Source: Podarcis vaucheri
Taxonomy: Eukaryota
Reading direction: 5' to 3' (one strand)
Length of the DNA stretch: 64,000 bases
Assembly (NCBI GenBank): GCA_965113315.1
Contig: OZ220370.1
The position numbers and the translations under genes were made by a program. Of this stretch, positions 12,762 through 25,192 are shown piece after piece (position 1 is the first letter of the stretch; the number at the start of each line of letters is the position of its first letter). The notes under the pieces were generated by a model that was not told where the DNA came from, searched no databases, and worked only from the letters and a program-made list of their open reading frames with translations.

Positions 12762-15191
12762 ATGGATGTGATGGAAATAAAGCAGGCAGAGAGAACAAGG
12801 AAGATCACCAGGAGGCAAGTACTGTTTCTGTTCATATTCTGGTCTGTGTTCTTCTGCCAGGTGGGGTCTGAGCAGGTTCAGTATTCAGTTCCAGAGGAAG
12901 CAGAGCAGGGCTCCTTTGTGTGGAACCTTGCTAAAGATCTGGGGTTGGATGTCAGAGAGCTGTCAAAGCGCAAGCTTGGTATTTCTTCAGAAAAGCAATT
13001 CTTTGATCTGAATGAACAAAATGGCAACCTGTATGTGAATGAGAGGATAGACCGGGAAGAGATTTGTGGGGAATCATCCACTTGTGTCCTCGAATTAGAG
13101 GTTGTGGCACACGATCCTTTGAATATTTTCCACGTAAATATTTTTATCCAGGACATCAATGACAATGCTCCACATTTCCAGAATGAAAATATTGAGCTTA
13201 AATTGAGTGAGTCTACTCTGCCAGGAACTCGATTTGCTCTTGGAAATGCTGAAGATGATGATATCGGAATAAACTCCCTCCAGAATTATCAGTTGAGCTC
13301 AACTCCATTTTTCAAACTAGAAATTCAAAACAGCAATGATGGCGGCAAATATGCAGAATTAATATTGCAGAAACAACTGGACAGGGAAAAAGAACAGATG
13401 CACCACATGGTCCTTACAGCCATGGATGGTGGAGAACCTCCAAAAACCGGAACAGCCAAAATATTGGTAACAGTTATTGATATTAATGACAATGCTCCTG
13501 TTTTCACCCAGACAACATATAAAGTGAGCCTGAAAGAGAGTGCACCCAAAGGAACCTCTGTGCTTCAAGTCAAAGCATCTGACAGTGATGAAGGGTCAAA
13601 TGCTGAGATCACTTACACTTTCAGTGACATCCCCAAAACAGCCAAACAGAGGTTTCATCTAGATCCCAGAGACGGAACAGTTACACTCATAGAAAGTGTT
13701 GATTTTGAGGACAGACAAAAATATGTGATGATAATTCAGGCAAGTGATGGAGGAGGCTTGGTGGCACATTGCAATGTGGAGATTGAGGTTCTTGATGAGA
13801 ACGACAATGCTCCAGATGTGATCCTTACCTCCGTGTCCAGCCCTGTTCCAGAAGATGTCACATCTGGAGCTGTGATTGCTCTCATTAAAGTTCAGGACAG
13901 GGATTCTGGGGAGAATGGAGAAGTCACCTGTCACCTGAAGGAACTTGTACCTTTCCTGATAGTATCATCTTCAAGTAATTACTTCAAGCTCCTCATAGAT
14001 GGTGCCCTTGACAGAGAAAGGACTCCTGAGTATAATATTACAATCACAGCCACAGACAAAGGCACACCTCCACTCTCCACACACAAATCCATATCCATAC
14101 AGATCTCAGATATCAATGATAACCCACCAGCCTTTGAAAAATCTTCCTACACTGCCTACGTTCCAGAAAACAACCCATCTGGAGCTTCAATTTTCCACAT
14201 CAAGGCCTCTGACCCAGATCTGGATCGCAATGCCCGAATCACTTACTCCATCCTTCACAGCAACATCAAGGACCTGCCTCTGTCCTCCTATGTCTCCATT
14301 AACTCTGAGACTGGAATCATCTATGCCCAACGCTCCTTTGACTATGAGCAATTCAGGGAGTTTCAGATTCAAGTGAAGGCCCAAGATGGAGGTTCTCCAC
14401 CACTCAATAGCAGTGCCACAGTGACAGTATGTGTTTTGGATCGAAATGATAACGCTCCGCAGATCCTGTACCCCTCACAATCAACAGAGGGCTCCCCTTT
14501 CTTTGAGATGGTGCCTCGGTCAGCTGAGTCGGGTTATCTGGTGACGAAGGTGGTGGCCGTGGACTCTGATTCGGGACACAATGCCTGGCTCTCCTTCCAT
14601 CTCCTGCAGGCCACAGAGCCCTCACTCTTCAGCATTGGCTCCCACACAGGAGAGGTGCAAACAGTCCGAGCATTACTTGAGAGAGATGCAGTGAAGCAGA
14701 GGCTGGTCATCCTGGTGAAGGACAATGGGCATCCTCCTCTCTCAGCCACCACAACTTTGAGCCTGGTGTTTGCTGAGAACTTCCAGGAGGCTCTTCCAGA
14801 AATGAACTCCCAACCAAATGACTCAGAGTATCAGTCTGATCTACAGTTTTATTTGGTATTGGCCTTGACCTTGGTGTCCTTTCTGTTCCTGGTGACGGTG
14901 ATTCTGACCATTCTGATGAAGCTTCGAAGGTCAAGGAACCCCACTTTCCTTCAGTGCTTTATTCCTGACCCCCACTCAAAGGCTGGTGCCATATTCCCAC
15001 CCAATTATGAGGATGGAACTTTGCCTTATTCCTACCAGGTCTGTCTGTCCTCTGAATCCAGGAGGAATGAGCTGACATTTCTGCAGCCCACTGTCCAAAT
15101 AGCAGAGAACATCCTTTGCAATGGCAACTCTGACATTTCTTTGATGGTCAGTGGAGGTAATTTAAATTCTGAAAATGAAAAAGACAGCACG
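12762..15191 (+). CDS. PCDHGB: Protocadherin gamma-B-like variable exon B1 (810 codons)
   Basis: Six cadherin repeats and TM. gB signatures [31 protein letters not shown] and [13 protein letters not shown]. Donor ACG|GTGAGT at 15191/15192. Confidence 0.93.
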
Positions 15192-15514
15192 GTGAGTTAT
15201 ATTGCATTTCCTTTTTGTGGAATTAGGTGTGTTATCAGTTGTTTGAGAGTTTATTTGTAAATAATCGATGTTTTCAAGCTGGCATTCTAGACAATTCATG
15301 CCATGTTACCAGGAAGGTAGGGAGGGAGTAATACTGAGCTGCTACTGCTGCAGAGCAACCTAATGGGATGGATTTTTCAGCAGTTGCTGAGGGAGAAAAC
15401 TACAAATTGTGGAAGCCTCAGTCTGAATTATCTAGATGCCTATCTTCATGCTGACTTAGGGTGATGATCTAGGACCACAGCATAGCATGTTTGAGTGGAG
15501 ACAGTGCTAAATTG

Positions 15515-15517
15515 TTT

Positions 15518-15573
<56 letters not shown>

Positions 15574-15575
15574 TC
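15515..15575. repeat. (TTTC)n microsatellite
   Basis: About 15 perfect TTTC units. The paralogous sites (~21103, ~35219, ~47262) carry shorter TTCC-type arrays. Confidence 0.95.
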
Positions 15576-17064
15576 CAGCATGACTAAATTTGAATATGTA
15601 GCTATTTTAATGTTCTCTCTTTAAAAAGATACAGTATATGCAAGAACAAACACAAAAACATCCTACATAGTATATGCTTCAAGAAGTTTGAAAATTTTCT
15701 ATTTATTGGCAAAAATTTCCTTAATATCCAACTAAATATTAGGAGGTTTGTGGAGAGTTTTTTATGTGTTACGGGGAAGGAAATAGCAGATTGAACATAT
15801 TTTGTTGACAGTCTGCCAGCAGAGATAATTACATGGTGATTGATCATAGCCAGACATAAGTCTTGGTTCCCATATTTATTTTGGAAAAAAGAGTGAACAA
15901 GAGATTAATCTCTGGTGCTTTGGAAAAGCTGTTTTCTGTGTTCAAGAGACCAAGAAGCAGTCAGCTCCTAGGAACTCGGATGGGGGTTAAGCAACTTGAG
16001 AGCTGAGGAATTTACATCTTGCCGTAAAGCCATGTAAGAGCCGTGACCGGTATGGGATCTGCAAAAGTCTCCCTTTCTTAATTATTTTTGGGACAGTTAT
16101 GATTTATAACTGAGGGAGATTTGTCCAGTTTTAACAATGGAAATCTGTATTTTTTAGATTGAGAGTATATAAATGTTCTACATTATTAAACTTTTATATT
16201 ATTAAAAATGAATAAAAATAATATTTTAAAAATGACAACCATAATTCAAAGCACACAGAAAGATAAAATCACAACAGAATAGATTAATACAAATTAAAGC
16301 AAATTAAAAATGCAAGCAATATTATGTAAGATTGATTGCATTATGCTCCTTACAACTTGGAACCTTCACTCAGTGTCGGAAAACAACAGCAACGCAGTAA
16401 TTCTTTGGAAGGGGGGGTGTTTCTACCCCAATGAGATTTCCACTGTTTGGTAGAGGTAGAATTTTGAATCCCAGAAAATATATGTGTCTGTGGTGTCAGA
16501 AAAAGAGTACTTGACAATGTCCAAACATCCCAACTCAGAAAACACTTATTTGTGGGATGTGTTTCTGACCCTATTAAGAAACTCACAAGAAAACTGCCCT
16601 TGGTTAGAGAGATGTCCCCAAGCAACATTATAAGGTTCGTGCCAAGTTAGTGAAACAGCTGTAGCTGGTAGAGGCTGAACTTTGGAGATATTGTTGGGGT
16701 GACCATTTGTGACAATGTCCTGGAAGTACGTTCATTGCAGAAGCAAAACTGCACTGGAGCGGATGGGGTGAGAATTCTTTGATTCACATACAATTGTATG
16801 ACGGTTAAAGAGAAACTGGAAATGATTTACCGGTAATATTGGGAACACTTGGGGGGGAAATGGTGCTTGAAATAGTTGCATTACATTATTGTAAATACAA
16901 GTGGTAAAATATTTTGATCACATTAATAAAATGCACATTGGTTAGTTTGGTCTTTCAGTATTTTATTCTTTTACAGAAACTTTTTAAATGGAATTATGCA
17001 AAAGTATAGAGATAGAAATGCTATGTTTAAACTGGATGAAGGACAGATAGCAAATAACATAGTA

Positions 17065-17324
17065 CAGTCATACCTCGGGTTGAATGTGCTTCAGGTTGAG
17101 CGCTTTCGGGTTGCGCTCCGTGGCAACCCGGAAGTAATGGAACGTGTTACTTCCAGGTTTTGCCACTCGCACATGCGCAGAAACTCAAAAAGATGTCACA
17201 TGTATGCGCGGAAGCGGCAAAATGCAACCCGCGCACATGCAGACGTGCCATCGCGTCTTACATTCTATTCAGGATGCAAACAGGGCTCCGGAACAGATCC
17301 CGTTCGCATCCCGAGGTACCACTG
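17065..17324. mobile_element. Tc1/mariner-superfamily MITE, family 3
   Basis: TIR cagt(ca/gg)tacctcggg at both ends, flanked by TA. The interior is CpG-rich relative to its flanks. Confidence 0.82.
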
Positions 17325-18064
17325 TAATGTATTACATGATCATCTCTTTTATAAAGAGTGCAGCTAGCTTTAGTCCAGGTCCTGTGAGAAGATTTTAAAT
17401 ATAAGCTCTCCCATCTTTTTAATCACTTTAATTCAGTGAGGACCCAGTTTTCTTTGAATTAATTTCAAGCATAGAATGGTTTTCACCAGTACCATTAGCT
17501 AAACCTCTTTGCCATTTCTTTCCCTTTTCAAGTAAAAAAAAAAAATTACCTTGAAAAGGTGTGGGGTGCTGGTGGTAACTGTCAATGGGCAGAGGTAGGA
17601 AAGTCCTAACCTTGAACCAGAAATGATGTTCCTGAGTATGCACAGAAGTGGAATTTCCTGCCAGAGAGGATGTAAAGTGTAGTTCCCTCTGCCTCCTGAT
17701 CCAATAAAGGAGACATTGACAAACCCTGTGTACCCTGACAAGGAATTACACTCCTTAAATGATATAGAAGACCACAATTTCTTTAGACGGCTCTGGAAAC
17801 AAACCTTCTGTATCTGATGAGCCCTCCTCACCAACAGGCATCCCCTCTCTACTATTCCTATGGTTTTCTTGGTGTTTTTTCATTTCTTTTTAAAGAAAGA
17901 AACTAAAGCAAACATGCTGAATGGTGAGGGACTGGGAAGCGAAGAGGATGCACACAAGTGATGGAGAAGAAATTTGTTTCTGATTGCACTTAAAGGTGAA
18001 CTTATATTACAAGCAATTCCCTACCTTAGAGAAAAATTCTATGTAGAATTATAGAAATAGTAAA

Positions 18065-18103
18065 AGCAGTTCACCGTATGGACTCAGAGTGTCACTGTTG
18101 GAC
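18065..18103 (+). promoter_or_regulatory. CSE / CTCF site of the B2 promoter (CACT variant)
   Basis: Identical to the B1 CSE: AGCAG-N12-ACTCAGAGTGTCACTGTTGGAC. Confidence 0.78.
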
Positions 18104-18336
18104 AACGTAGGAGCAGCCATGGCTCAGCATTTCTGAGACTCTTGGAGCAATCTCTCTCTCTCTCTTAACACTTCAGCTGAGCAGAAAGGAAAAACCTTTA
18201 TTTTAAAAGCTGCTTGAGAAAGGAAATCTCTGTTTCCCAAGGATCAGCAGAAAATAACAACATTAGTACTATATCACTTAAGTGTACTGGGAGTCTTGAA
18301 AACTGAAGTGAAAGGAGGAGGAAATCAGGAAATGCA

Positions 18337-20766
18337 ATGGATGTGATGGAAGTAAAGCAGGCAGAGAGAACAAGGAAGATCACCAGGAGGCAAGTACTGT
18401 TTCTGTTCATATTTTGGTCTGTGTACTTCTGCCAGGTGGGGTCTGAGCAGGTTCAGTATTCAGTTCCAGAGGAAGCAGAGCAGGGCTCCTTTGTGGGGAA
18501 CCTTGCTAAAGATCTGGGGTTGGATGTCAGAGAGCTGTCAAAGCGCAAGCTTGGTATTTCTTCAGAAAAGCAATTCTTTGATCTGAATGAACAAAATGGC
18601 AACCTGTATGTGAATGAGAGGATAGACCGGGAAGAGATTTGTGGGGAATCATCTACTTGTGTCCTCAAATTAGAAGTTGTGGCACACAATCCTTTGAATA
18701 TTTTCCACGTAAATATTTTTATCCAGGACATCAATGATAATGCCCCACATTTCCAGAATGAAAATATTGATCTCAAATTGAGTGAATCTACTCTGCCAGG
18801 AAATCGATTCACTCTTGGAAATGCTGAAGATGATGATATCGGAATGAACTCCCTCCAGAATTATCAATTGAGCTCAACTCCATATTTCAAACTAGAAATT
18901 CAAGCTGGCAATGATGGTGGAAAATATGCAGAATTAATATTGCTGAAACAACTGGACAGGGAAAAGGAACAGATGCACCACATGGTCCTTACAGCCATGG
19001 ATGGTGGAGAACCTCCAAAAACCGGAACAGCCAAAATATTGGTAACAGTTATTGATATTAATGACAATGCTCCTGTTTTCACCCAGACAACATATAAAGT
19101 GAGCCTGAAAGAGAGTGCACCCAAAGGAACCTCTGTGCTTCAAGTCAAAGCATCTGACAGTGATGAAGGGTCATATGCTGAGATCACTTACACTTTCAGT
19201 GACATCCCAAAAACAGCCAAGCAGAAGTTTCATCTGGATCCCAGAGATGGAACAATTGCACTTATAGAAAGTGTTGATTTTGAGGACAGACAAAAATATG
19301 TGATGATAATTCAGGCAAGTGATGGAGGAGGCTTGGTGGCACATTGCAATGTGGAGGTTGAGGTTCTTGATGAGAATGACAATGCTCCAGATATGATCCT
19401 TACCTCCGTGTCCAGCCCAATTCCTGAAGATGTCACATCTGGAGCTGTGATTGCTCTCATTAAAGTTCAGGACAGGGATTCTGGGGAGAATGGAGAAGTC
19501 ACCTGTCACCTGAAGGAACTTGTACCTTTCCTGATAGTATCATCTTCCGATAATTATTTCAAGCTCCTCATAGATGGTGCCCTTGACAGAGAAAGGATGC
19601 CCGAGTATAATATTACAATCGCAGCCACAGACAAAGGCACACCTCCACTCTCCACACACAAAACCATATCAATACAGATCTCAGATATCAATGATAACCC
19701 ACCAGCCTTTGAAAAAACTTCCTACACTGCCTACGTTCCAGAAAACAACCCATCTGGAGCTTCGATTTTTCACATCAAGGCCTCTGACCCAGATCTGGAT
19801 CGCAATGCCAGAATCACTTACTCCGTCCTTCACAGCAACATCAAGGACCTGCCTCTGTCCTCCTATGTCTCCATTAACTCTGAGACTGGGATCATCTATG
19901 CTCAACGCTCCTTTGACTATGAGCAATTCAGGGAGTTTCAGATTCAAGTGAAGGCCCACGATGGAGGTTCTCCACCACTGAATAGCAGTGCCACAGTGAC
20001 AGTATGTGTTTTGGATCGAAATGATAACGCTCCGCAGATCCTGTACCCCTCACAATCCACAGAGGGCTCCCCTTTCTTTGAGATGGTGCCTCGGTCAGCT
20101 GAGTCGGGTTATCTGGTGACGAAGGTGGTGGCCGTGGACTCTGATTCGGGACACAATGCCTGGCTCTCCTTCCATCTCCTGCAGGCCACAGAGCCCTCAC
20201 TCTTCAGCATTGGCTCCCACACAGGAGAGGTGCAAACAGTCCGAGCATTACTTGAGAGAGATGCAGTGAAGCAGAGGCTGGTCATCCTGGTGAAGGACAA
20301 TGGGCATCCTCCTCTCTCAGCCACCACAACTTTGAGCCTGGTGTTTGCTGAAAACTTCCAGGAGGCTCTTCCAGAAATGAACTCCCAACCAAATGACTCA
20401 GAGTATCAGTCTGATCTACAGTTTTATTTGGTATTGGCCTTGACCTTGGTGTCCTTTCTGTTCCTGGTGACAGTGATTCTGACCATTCTGATGAAGCTTC
20501 GAAGGTCAAGGAACCCCACTTTCCTTCAGTGCTTTATTCCTGACCCCCATTCAAAGGCTGGTGCCATATTCCCACCCAATTATGAAGACGGAACTTTGCC
20601 TTATTCCTACCAGGTCTGTCTGTCCTCTGAATCCAGGAGGAATGAGTTGACTTTCCTGCAGCCCACTGTCCAAATAGCAGAGAACATCCTTTGCAATGGC
20701 AGCTCTGACATTTCTTTGATGGTCAGTGGAGGCAATTTAATTTCTGAAAAGGAAAATGACAGCACG
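18337..20766 (+). CDS. PCDHGB: Protocadherin gamma-B-like variable exon B2 (810 codons)
   Basis: Close paralog of B1 with an intact ORF. Donor ACG|GTGAGT at 20766/20767. Confidence 0.93.
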
Positions 20767-23223
20767 GTGAGTTAAAGTGCATTCTTTTTTCTCTTCCTTT
20801 TTTAGGGAATTTGGTGTGTTATCACTTGTTTAAGAGTTGAATTGTAAACAGTGGATTATATCAAACTGGCACCCCATACAATTCAGGCCATGTCACCAGG
20901 GAAGTAGGTAGGGAGTAGTACTGAGCTGCTACTGTTGCAGATCAAGCTAATGTAATGGGCCTTCTAGCATTTGTTGAAGGGCAAAATTGCAAGTTGGGGG
21001 AGCCTCAGTCAGAATTATCTAAATGCACATTTGCATGCTGACCTAGGATGATGATCTCGGACCGCAGGATGGCATATCATGTTTGAGTGGAGATGCTTAT
21101 CATTCCTTCCTTCCTTCCTTCTTTCCTTCGTAGTATGACTAAAATTGAATATGTAGCTATTTTAATGTTCTGTCTTAAAAAAATAGAAAAATAAACATCA
21201 AAAAATTGCATAGTAGATTCTTCAAGAAGTTTGAAAATGTTCTAGTTATTGGCAAAATTCTCATTATTATTAAACTCATCAGCATCAGCATCAACCTTTA
21301 TAACGGTCCAGAGACCCAACAAATCGTTACAAAGCAATACACAATTCATACAGCCTACCTCCAGGTTAAACAAGCAAAATTCTCATTATTATTAAACTAA
21401 ATATTAGGAAGTTTGTGGGGAGTTTTTTATGTGTTATCGGGAAGGAATTAGTGGATTGAACATCTTTTGTTGGCGGTCTGCCAACAGAGATAATTACATG
21501 GTGATTGATAATAGCCAGACATAAGTCTTGGTTCCCATATTCATTTTGGAAAAAAGAGTGAACAAGAGATTAATCTCTGGTGCTTTGAAAAAGCTGTTTT
21601 CTGTGTCAAGAGACCAAGAAGCAGTCAGCTCCTAGGAACTCGGATGGGGGTTAAGCGACTTGAGAGCTGAGGAATTTACATCTTGCCCCAAAGCCATAAA
21701 AGAGCCGTGATGGGTATGGGATCTGCAAAAGCCTCCCTTTCTTAATTATTTTTGGGACAGTTATAATTTATAACCGAGGGAGATTTGTCCATCAGCTGGT
21801 GATAATTTACATTCAGTGTGTGAGCTGCTTTTTGGCTTCAAGAAGAAGGGAAGTGAAATTGAACATTAAAGGGTTGAAGGCAGAACAAAAAAGCTGTTTT
21901 GTGGTTTGAGACAAGAAAGTTTTAAACGAACAATGGAGCATTTGCAATGTATTATTAGAAATTATGACCAGTTGGAACAGTTGTGGTCAACAGTATGGAT
22001 GTAGGTGAGTGTGCATGTGGCTAGTATTTCTACCTATAACATCTCCAGTCATGCTTCCATGCTGTAGTAACATAGGTGACAAATGTCTATTGAGTCATAA
22101 CAGCGTTAGATGCCCTCTCACCTCTTTGGCTGGGAATGCTTTCCCATGGAAAGGCAATCTGGCAAGGACATACAGTTGCACACCCCTGTATTTGCTGCTT
22201 CATATACATTAATGCTGGATTGTTCCTAATGTGTCAAAAAGTTTGTTGCCAGTGCATATTCTGTAGTGAAAGATGAAGACTAATTTTGAAAGAAACTTTT
22301 ATGGCATTGTTTAGTGGACTGAATGCTTGATTTTCTGTCTTCTGGGGGAAAGCATTCAGCAAATTCAGTATAGCAGTTTTAGGAGTCCTGCTGATTTTGT
22401 AGAACAAGAAGCAGAAGAGCATCACGCTCTCCAAGAAAGATGACTGAAAACCATCTACCTCTGCTGTTTAACAGGTCATCACATGCTAGTTTTTTATAAT
22501 GCTTGTTCTGAGCTTGACAACTTATTGTCACACATGAGCTCATAAGCTGCCATTGAAAGTTACCCACGTGCAGTAGTGACATGCATGGTGGTGGGAAGCT
22601 GGTGAATTCACCCCCACCCCTTTACACTGTTGCCTACCTGGATGGGGCAGCAGTGAGGCTGGAGACATGTGCTTTTAACTGTAGGAACATCTAGCACGGC
22701 TGCTGGTGCACCTGCCCAGCCCCAACCACACAGTTGTGTCAGCCCAGCCCTGACCAGGTAAGTCCCAGCAACTTACCTGGGTGGCTCCACAGCTCCACCC
22801 CATTGCATGTGCCACCAATCTCTTCCTGCTTCTTTTTATCTATGTAATGAGATGTGGTGTAGTAATAATAATTGGCTTTAATAGCATTCGTCTTGGCTTT
22901 ATTGTCTTCTAGGCACAATGTGAGCAGTAAATGAAGGTGGACATGGCCTTCTTTGCACTTTACAGTCATACTTGGTGTTTATAGAGCACTCTAGTGTAGA
23001 AAATGGTTGATATACATTCCCTTGTAACTCTTCAATAACCTAGAAAGATAGATCAGCATTATTTTCCTCATGTTGTGGATGAGATGGAGACAGGATGCAT
23101 TTAGATGTGGCAAGTATTGCATTAGTTTTCCTGACTAGAACGCTAGTGCTTCTATTCTGTTTTCCAGTGATCCTTTCACACTGCAGTACCAGTTGTGTTA
23201 TGTGTTTATTTTTGACCAATATA

Positions 23224-23566
23224 CAGTGGTGCCCCGCAAGACGAATGCCTCGCAAGACGGAAAACTCACTAGACCAAAGAGTTTTCCGTTTTGGAGATGC
23301 TTCGCAAAACGAATTTCCTATGGGCTTGCTTTGCAAGACGACAATGTCTTGTGAGTTCCTGCTGGTTTTTTTTCCTTCCCCCCTTTTTCTAAGCCGCTAA
23401 GCCGCTTATCAGCTGATCCGATCAGCAGATAAGCCGCTAAAAGCCGCTAATAGGGCTAATAGCGCTAATCCGCTAATCCGTCAATGGGCTTGCTTCGCAA
23501 GACGAAAAAACCGCTAGATGAAGAGAATCACAAAACGGATTCCTTTCGTCTTGCGAGGCACCACTG
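23224..23566. mobile_element. Tc1/mariner-superfamily MITE, family 1, second copy
   Basis: Same TIR as 3108-3426. The TA duplication is confirmed by the empty paralogous site gaccaata-TA-tcagcat at ~38592-38608. Confidence 0.92.
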
Positions 23567-24258
23567 TATCAGCATATCAATATATGAACAATATATCGTG
23601 TTCCACTAAATTTCATTCACACCAGTGGTGCGTGGAGTGATGCAACAATGAACATCATTGGATAACAATGCCACTATTCTACCCATAGCTGTGCATGTAT
23701 TCATTCCCCCATGTATACGGCCCCAAATTTCATCACTTTACTCCTGCGATTTTTCAGTTTAAGGGAGCAGCAAATGGATTTTTTCTGCTATTAAATAACA
23801 TGGAAATGAAGTGGCTTTCATGCCATGTGAAAACTTGAATATAATGCAGAAATTAATAGTTAGGAAAACGTCAGGGAAATGGAGGAAACTGCTGTGTGAA
23901 CTCAACCAGAGAGAGAGGAGGAAGGGAGTCTTGCCCAAGGACAACTAAGAGCTCATGGTTGAAGTTTGGTTTGAACTGGGGCATTCCTGATATGCATCTC
24001 CTACCCAGTACAGCCTTATTTGAACAATCTCCTCAAGTGTAAGCAAAGAAAACATGATGGTGCAAAGTTCTAAATCATGTGTGGGGGCCCTACAAGTAGA
24101 GTAAGCTCCCCACCTCAGACCTTGGTCCTCAAATTCATGGAGGGATCTAGATTGTGTACAGATGAAATGCTGGACAGGAAAGGACTAAGAAGAACTGCAT
24201 ATTTCTCCTCAGGTGTTTGCTCATCTATGGACAGTGTATGCCCAAATAGGGCTTATGT

Positions 24259-24581
24259 GTTGTTGTTGTTTAGTCGTTTAGTCGTGTCCGACTCTTCGTG
24301 ACCCCATGGACCAGAGCACACCAGGCACTTCCGTCTTCCACTGCCTCCCGCAGTTTGGTCAGACTCATGTTTGTAGCTTCGAGAACACCGTCCAACCATC
24401 TCGTCCTCTGTCGTCCCCTTCTCCTTGTGCCCTCAATCTTTCCCAACATCAGGGTCTTTTCCAGGGAGTCTTCTCTTCTCATGAGGTGGCCAAAGTATTG
24501 GAGTCTCAGCATCAGGATCTGTCCTTCCAGTGAGCACTCAGGGCTGATTTCCTGAAGAATGGATACGTTTGATCTTATTGC
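24259..24581 (-). mobile_element. 5'-truncated BovB/RTE LINE (3' end)
   Basis: Minus-strand ORF 24270..24512 (YFGHLMRREDSLEKTLMLGKIEGTRRRGRQRTRWLDG...HGVTKSRTRLND) is the BovB RT C-terminus, with a (CAA)n tail. ~14-bp TSD aatagggcttatgt / agtaggccttatgt. Empty sites at ~39277 and ~50345. Confidence 0.92.
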
Positions 24582-24958
24582 AGTAGGCCTTATGTAACAC
24601 GTACCAAAAAATAAAAATTCAGTTTGAAGATAAACAGCCTAGAGATGTGAATGAACAAATAGGAGCTGAGAGGAGTGAAGTGCTAGATGTACTGGTGGTT
24701 TACTATTGTTGTTTCTACATCAAGAAAAAATCTATTGAATATTCCCTTAGAAAAGCGAGCAGAAAACATTGCTGAGAAAGATCCATAACATTTATTCCAG
24801 AAATTTCAGTAATGGGGCAGGGCAGGAACCCTAAACACACTTGTCTTTCCTGCTCCTTTTCAATTTGATTACAGCAACAAAAGTCGTCACTCTTATTTAT
24901 CCTTAGTGGGTAAATTCTAAGGGAAAAGAATAGTTATCCTAGCTATATCTGAAGTTTT

Positions 24959-24997
24959 TGCAGTTTGCATTTGATCCTCTGGGTGTCACTGTTGACC
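24959..24997 (+). promoter_or_regulatory. CSE / CTCF site of the A3 promoter (CACT variant)
   Basis: TGCAG-N12-CCTCTGGGTGTCAC-TGTTGACC, ~195 bp before the ATG. Confidence 0.82.
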
Positions 24998-25192
24998 AGA
25001 ACGGAGCAGAAATGTGAAATCCTGCCCAATTGAAGTTGCCTTTCCGTTAAACACAAACACAAAATATCTGAAGGAACAAGCTGCTTGTCAGTGTAAAGAA
25101 GAAATGGATGTACATTTTCCTTAGAATAGAGTTGGATACAGCATCATTTGAACCAGAATCTAAGGGTCTTTAGTCTTTATCCTGCTGCAAGG

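Noticed and set aside
13999-14376. 125-aa alternative-frame ORF repeated inside all five gB exons, plus many recurring antisense ORFs
   Set aside because: The recurrence follows from near-identical paralogous DNA. There is no independent coding signal or recognisable domain.
15192-15260. Differing C-terminal tails after the last conserved residue of each exon
   Set aside because: These are read-through into the intron past a conserved GTGAG donor. Unspliced short forms are possible, but the tails are not conserved.
25148-25192. N-terminal extension of A3 in the ORF track
   Set aside because: It starts at a TTG. The paralogs place the ATG at 25193.
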